Source: an uncultured Candidatus Binatia bacterium (GTDB lineage: Bacteria > Desulfobacterota > Binatia > UBA9968 > JAJDTQ01). From it: 64,000 nucleotides of DNA. The translations under genes and the position numbers were made by a program. Positions 59,260 to 64,000 of the stretch are shown here, piece by piece; the first letter of the stretch is position 1, and every line of letters starts with the position of its first letter. Where the stretch lies: assembly GCA_965213675.1 (NCBI GenBank), contig CBDCAF010000018.1, forward strand, positions 1 through 64,000. Direction: 5' to 3'. The notes under the pieces are model-generated. The model did no database searches and was not told where the DNA came from. It saw nothing but the letters and a program-made list of their open reading frames with translations.

Positions 59260-59276
59260 AGACCGCTATCGTCTGT

Positions 59277-60512
59277 ATGAAAGCATCCATCGAGCAACCC
59301 AACCCTGGAGCCGATCCCGGAACGATCACGCGCGTAGCCCTGCGTAACTACAAAAGCATTGCCGCCTGCGATGTCGAGTTGACGCCGCTCACTGTCCTCG
59401 TGGGTCCCAACGGTTCCGGCAAGAGTAATTTCCTTGACGCCCTGTGCTTTGCGGCGCAGGCATTGCGTTTTTCTCTGCACCATGCTGTACACGAGCGCGG
59501 TGGGATCAACGAGGTGCGCCGGCTTTCCCACGGCCATCCCAACCGCTTTGGCATCCGTCTGGATTTCCGTTTGTCCGACGCAACAGGGTGGTACGCGTTC
59601 AAGATCGGAGTGCGACGGAACGGCGGCTGTGTCGTACACCGCGAGGAATGTGCTATCCAACACGCCGACCCTGGAGAAAGGCAGTATTTCCGAATAGGCG
59701 ACGGTCGTCTACTGTCTACCTCCATCCCACACCCGCCGCCGACAGGTGGAAGTGACCGACTTTACCTACAGTCGGCCTCAGGATTTCGAGCGTTCCGGCC
59801 GATTTACGATATGTTGGCGGGAATGGGGTTCTACAATCTCAAGCCGGACCGGATTCGAGACTTCCAGTCGCCGGACCGCGGGGATCTCCTCAAACGGAAT
59901 GGAAGCAACATCGCCAGCGTTCTCGCCAACCTTGAGTCACGTTCCCCAGAGGTTGCAACACGGGTCGGCCAATACCTGTCCAAGGTCGTCCCGGGAACGG
60001 TCGGCGTGGCGTCGAAGACGGTCGGACCCAAGCTGACCCTGGAGTTTTGTCAGCAGGTGCGTGGCGATCCGCACCCTCGGCGGTTTCTTGCCAACAACGC
60101 TTCAGAAGGGACGTTGCGGGTCGTCGGGGTACTCGTAGCGCTTTGTCAGAGTATCGGAGTGGAATCGGGGAACGTGAAACTGGTCGGCATCGAAGAACCG
60201 GAAGGCACCCTTCACCCTGCGGCTGCCGGAGTGCTGTCCGACATACTGCGCGAGGCGAGCGAGCGTGTGCAGGTTGTCGTCACCAGCCAGAGTGCGGACT
60301 TGTTGGATCGGAAAACGATTCCATTGGAATCCATCCTGGCGGTCGTCTCCGAGGACAATGAGACGAAAATTGCCCGGCTTGATGCGGCAGGCCACACGGC
60401 ACTCCGGGAAGATATGTTCACGGCGGGGGAGATGCTTCGGATGAATCAGCTTACGCCGAATCCAAAGCAGGTGGCGCCCGTTCACCTGGACCTCTTCCGT
60501 AAGGAGGAGTAG
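59277..60512 (+). CDS. ABC/SMC-like predicted ATPase (AAA_21 type), partly degenerate
   Basis: LRNYKSI, GPNGSGKS, SEGTLR, IEEPE and VTSQS motifs. Confidence 0.8.
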   Translation: MKASIEQPNPGADPGTITRVALRNYKSIAACDVELTPLTVLVGPNGSGKSNFLDALCFAAQALRFSLHHAVHERGGINEVRRLSHGHPNRFGIRLDFRLSDATGWYAFKIGVRRNGGCVVHREECAIQHADPGERQYFRIGDGRLLSTSIPHPPPTGGSDRLYLQSASGFRAFRPIYDMLAGMGFYNLKPDRIRDFQSPDRGDLLKRNGSNIASVLANLESRSPEVATRVGQYLSKVVPGTVGVASKTVGPKLTLEFCQQVRGDPHPRRFLANNASEGTLRVVGVLVALCQSIGVESGNVKLVGIEEPEGTLHPAAAGVLSDILREASERVQVVVTSQSADLLDRKTIPLESILAVVSEDNETKIARLDAAGHTALREDMFTAGEMLRMNQLTPNPKQVAPVHLDLFRKEE

Positions 60513-60537
60513 GGGAAGGTGTCAAGGAGGCGTGTTC

Positions 60538-60888
60538 ATGCCGCGCAACACATCGGTTTCTCTCGGGTATCACTTCATCGGTTTCATCGACGAGCGTGTG
60601 CAGTCCGGTCGTTACAACTCGGCAAGCGATGTGGTGCGCGCCGGGCTGCGGCTGTTGGAAGAGCACGAAGCCAAGGTTGAGGCTCTGAGGGAAGCCCTCA
60701 TCGAAGGCGAGCAATCCGGTCCGGCGACACCGTTTGACTTCGACGCGTTCATTACCCGCAAGAAGACTACTCAGGACGGTCAAGAGGGCCGTCCTGAGAC
60801 CCAGTCCGAGTTTGCCAGCCAAGACCGCTACCCGGCCGGCCATGAAACGGGACGCCTGAACCGAGACGACATTGACGAAGGCGGTTAG
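60538..60888 (+). CDS. ParD-family RHH antitoxin with C-terminal extension
   Basis: NTSVSLG..F..FI...VQSGRYNSASDVVRAGLRLLE...IEGEQSG..FDFDAF. Confidence 0.8.
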   Translation: MPRNTSVSLGYHFIGFIDERVQSGRYNSASDVVRAGLRLLEEHEAKVEALREALIEGEQSGPATPFDFDAFITRKKTTQDGQEGRPETQSEFASQDRYPAGHETGRLNRDDIDEGG

Positions 60889-60897
60889 TTTCCTACA

Positions 60898-61137
60898 ATG
60901 AGCACCATGATTGACCCGAAGGCATGCGCCTTCCAGGAAGATCGCGCTGCGGCTGAAGTCGAAGCTGCCCTGGCGGCGGCCAAGGAAGACGCCAAGAGAG
61001 TCAGGGCAGAGTTTGTCGATAGTTTGCCGCCAGACTCTCTCGCATACGATGCCGAATGGACTACCGGGTACGGCAGCGAGGGTCGCTTGATCTTCACGAT
61101 AACCTCCGTATGCGTGACTACCCCAGAGAAGCGGTGA
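60898..61137 (+). CDS. Hypothetical protein
   Basis: 79-aa ORF in operon orientation; no motif recognised. Confidence 0.35.
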   Translation: MSTMIDPKACAFQEDRAAAEVEAALAAAKEDAKRVRAEFVDSLPPDSLAYDAEWTTGYGSEGRLIFTITSVCVTTPEKR

Positions 61138-61300
61138 ACCAAGTGACTGCCGACCTGCGAAGGCGACTCGTCGGCACAAGAGTCGATGCATGTGGTGTAT
61201 GGGTGGTCACCATCATCCTGCGGCCCAGGCCGTCGGGTTGATCCCATGCCTAGAGATCCACGCCAATTGACAACCGCGGACCATCCCGTACGTTCAAGGC

Positions 61301-61681
61301 ATGACCTACCGAGAGCCATTGCCCCCTGGATGTCCGCCGAACCCCGCGGACGAAATCAACCTGCCACGTGAGCTGTTCCGGTTGGTGCGGAGCCTTCCAC
61401 CCGCCGCAGAGGACTTCAGATCGTGGCGCGCGGAACAACCGCAACGCGGTTTACCGAAGGAGTTGACGGAGTGCCAAGCCCGGGGACTGTCGGTCTATGC
61501 AGAGCGCTACGACCTGGAGAGCATCTTGAAGCTCCCGAAGTTCCGCGGACGTTGGATCTGTCGCCTGCGGCTGGGAGCGGGCGCGGGCCGGATTCAACAG
61601 ACGGGGAGACCTTCGCACCATACTTGGTGGCCGCTGGCTGATTACGATTTCCTCGGCCAGTGTCACGTGGAAACGGCATGA
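61301..61681 (+). CDS. Hypothetical protein, possible ADP-ribosyltransferase-like fold
   Basis: GCPP, LFRLV, EDF, CQARGLSVY and HHTWW segments; ATGA overlap with the next gene. Confidence 0.55.
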   Translation: MTYREPLPPGCPPNPADEINLPRELFRLVRSLPPAAEDFRSWRAEQPQRGLPKELTECQARGLSVYAERYDLESILKLPKFRGRWICRLRLGAGAGRIQQTGRPSHHTWWPLADYDFLGQCHVETA

Positions 61682-64000
61682 GTACGATCCGTTACACCGC
61701 CAGTCTGCTGTACTACGACGGCCCACAGATCATCGAAGCCCGCGACGATGAGGGTCACGATTATCTGGCGTTGTTGGTGGAGAGTGACGGGGAAGACCGC
61801 TATCTGGCCGTGGAGGTTGCCGCTGATCGGTTGCACCAATTTCGCAATGGTTCGCTGGACTTGAGGACGCTGCTGACCGAGTCGGCGAAGAATGGGTGGT
61901 ATCTGACGACGACCGCGGATCTCGATCAACCGTTGACGATTGTGCGCCAGCAGACGCCGGTCGGGGAAAGCGGATTTCTTCCCGCGGACGGCTTTGTGCT
62001 GCATGAATTGGGCTCGCCCGTTGAGCGCAAGCAAGAGAGCGTTGAGATGCCCACGAGACCGCCGAAGCTTGCCGACTCCGCTGAAGCGCGCGCCGAAATC
62101 ACCCGCGCCCTCCGCCTGGACCTCGTCGGCCCCGGCGCGGACGGCTATCTCGCCGACGAGCAACTCCCCGGTTGGGTGCGTCCGTCCAACTGGTACCTCA
62201 CCGGCTTCCTTGTTCCACGCTATGCCGGCTTTGAGCAGCGCGCCGATGCGGACTCGGACGATGAGATGGAGCCGGAGGTCTGCGAGGACATAGGCGCTGG
62301 CGACGACTCCAGCGAAGACCGTCGTGCCGCCAAGGCGGGGTTCTTTCCGTCGTCCATGGGTTTGAGCTTTCTCGCGGCGCCGGGGACCGACCGTGTCACC
62401 GCGGTCGTGCGCTGGGGCGACTACCGGAAGGTCGAGGGCAAGGTTTCCGCTGAAGAGGGAAGCGAATTGCCGGTTCGGTGGCAACGCACGCGGTGCGAAG
62501 CAACCCTGTCCATGGTCTTGCCGGAAGACAATTCGCCGCGGCATCTGCCTGTGCCCCACTCACGGGGCCTCGAAGTCCACGTCGTGGCCCGGACCATGGA
62601 CGCGAGCCTCTTTGCCGGGAAGATCGCTCGGGACACGCGCTCCGTCTCCGTATTTCTGGTCAACGCCCGAGCACCGGCCGAGGACGACCGGCGGGACGAG
62701 GCATTTGCCTTTCAAGCACAGATCGAAGTGCAGTCCGATGTCCCTTTCGCCGTGCGGCCCGACCTTCGCCCTGTATCGGGCGACAACTGGGATGAACGGG
62801 TGGCCGACCTGCACTATGCCGATGTTCCCGAGTATGCTTCCGGGCACGGCGTGGCAGCGACTTGGGAGGTCCGGGGCGGCGCCTGTCATGCCTTGCGAAC
62901 GGACTGGACGCCCATCGCGGAAGTGGAGCATACCGAGCCGCTCACACACCTTGCCCGAACCGAACTGGACATGACTGCGCTGGGCCGGCTCGCCGATGGC
63001 GAGGCCGTGCGAACGGCTCTGATGCCGCTGGTATCCGGATACCGTGAGTGGGTCGAAGCGCATGCACTCGGAGACCTCCCGGAGCAGCGGAAAGAGGTCG
63101 CTCGGGAGTTGCTGCACCGTGCCCGCCTGGCGGCAAGGCGCATGGAAAAGGGCATCGGCGTACTGGCCTCCGATGTGGAGGCGCGAGATGCTTTCTGCAT
63201 GGCCAACCGGGCCGTCGCTGCGGCATTGGCGCGGCGCATCGAAGACCCTCCCCGGTGGCGCGCCTTCCAACTCGCATTCGTGCTGTTGAACCTGCCCGGA
63301 ATCGCCGACCCTTCCGATCCCGAGCGCGAGATCGTCGACCTGCTGTTTTTTCCCACCGGCGGCGGCAAGACCGAGGCGTATCTCGGTCTGGCGGCCTTCA
63401 CCATGGCGTTGCGGCGGCTGCGCAACCCTGCGGACAACGGACGCGCTGGCGCCGGCGTCAGCGTCATCATGCGGTATACGCTACGCCTGTTGACACTGGA
63501 CCAACTCGGTCGCGCCGCCGCGCTGGTGTGCGCGATGGAACTTGAACGTAAACGCGATGTTGAACGCTACGGCGTGTGGCCGTTCGAGATCGGCCTGTGG
63601 GTCGGCAAGGCGGGCACTCCCAACTGGCTCGGCAAGAAGGGCGACCGCAATTCGGATTCCGCGCGTGCCAAGGTCAACCGGTACAAGGACAATCCGCAGG
63701 CTCGGCCCATACCCATCCCGCTGGAGAACTGTCCCTGGTGTGCCCACAGGTTCACGCCCGATTCCTTTGCGCTGCTGCCGAACGCCGACGCGCCCACGGA
63801 TTTGCGCATTTCTTGCTCGAACTGGGAATGCGAGTTTTCCGGCGACCCGCCGCTTCCTATCGTTGCTGTGGACGAGCCCCTGTACCGGCGTCTGCCGGCC
63901 TTTCTGATTGCCACGGTGGACAAGTTCGCGTCTCTGCCTTGGGTTGGACAGTCCGGGGCGCTGCTCGGCGGCGCGGACCGCTTCGATGACGAAGGGTTCT
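61678..64000 (+). CDS. drmA: DISARM helicase DrmA with N-terminal DUF6575-like domain; truncated by window end (absent from the ORF track)
   Basis: Manual translation open from ATG 61678: MSTIRYTASLLYYDGPQII..., then from ATG 62047 LRLDLVGP, PSNWYLTGFL, FPSSMGLSF, WRAFQLAF, FPTGGGKTEAY, MRYTLRLLT, CPWC and IATVDKFA. Confidence 0.88.
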   Translation, partial: MSTIRYTASLLYYDGPQIIEARDDEGHDYLALLVESDGEDRYLAVEVAADRLHQFRNGSLDLRTLLTESAKNGWYLTTTADLDQPLTIVRQQTPVGESGFLPADGFVLHELGSPVERKQESVEMPTRPPKLADSAEARAEITRALRLDLVGPGADGYLADEQLPGWVRPSNWYLTGFLVPRYAGFEQRADADSDDEMEPEVCEDIGAGDDSSEDRRAAKAGFFPSSMGLSFLAAPGTDRVTAVVRWGDYRKVEGKVSAEEGSELPVRWQRTRCEATLSMVLPEDNSPRHLPVPHSRGLEVHVVARTMDASLFAGKIARDTRSVSVFLVNARAPAEDDRRDEAFAFQAQIEVQSDVPFAVRPDLRPVSGDNWDERVADLHYADVPEYASGHGVAATWEVRGGACHALRTDWTPIAEVEHTEPLTHLARTELDMTALGRLADGEAVRTALMPLVSGYREWVEAHALGDLPEQRKEVARELLHRARLAARRMEKGIGVLASDVEARDAFCMANRAVAAALARRIEDPPRWRAFQLAFVLLNLPGIADPSDPEREIVDLLFFPTGGGKTEAYLGLAAFTMALRRLRNPADNGRAGAGVSVIMRYTLRLLTLDQLGRAAALVCAMELERKRDVERYGVWPFEIGLWVGKAGTPNWLGKKGDRNSDSARAKVNRYKDNPQARPIPIPLENCPWCAHRFTPDSFALLPNADAPTDLRISCSNWECEFSGDPPLPIVAVDEPLYRRLPAFLIATVDKFASLPWVGQSGALLGGADRFDDEGF

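Noticed and set aside
1-64000. tRNA, rRNA, integrase, transposase or prophage genes
   Set aside because: None recognised by eye; a covariance-model search was not possible

Overview
High-GC bacterial window with two parts. About 1-43 kb is a solute-uptake and catabolic region: three Bug/TctC binding proteins, NitT/TauT, Liv and Ehu ABC transporters, UbiD, SDR, cupins, a xanthine-dehydrogenase-family molybdoenzyme, LLM oxidoreductases, PtrB, SfsA and LarE. It is interspersed with REP-like palindromes, a ~157-bp MITE family, a RelE/XRE toxin-antitoxin pair and a probable selenocysteine-containing GST that the ORF track truncates. About 43.3-64 kb is a defence island built on a class I DISARM backbone (drmD, drmMI, drmA running off the window). 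About 10 kb of accessory DNA lies between drmMI and drmA and is fused in frame to both genes: DrmMI continues into an aGPT-Pplase1-like base-hypermodification domain, and DrmA starts with a DUF6575-like domain. The insert holds a tightly coupled 7-gene minus-strand operon (PPTase, ACP-like protein, XRE HTH, IrrE/ImmA protease with a chagasin-like domain, papain-like protease, thymidylate-synthase-like enzyme, MazG), a TIR plus membrane-protein pair, a degenerate ABC ATPase, an orphan ParD and an ART-like ORF. All family calls come from reading motifs by eye; no searches were run.
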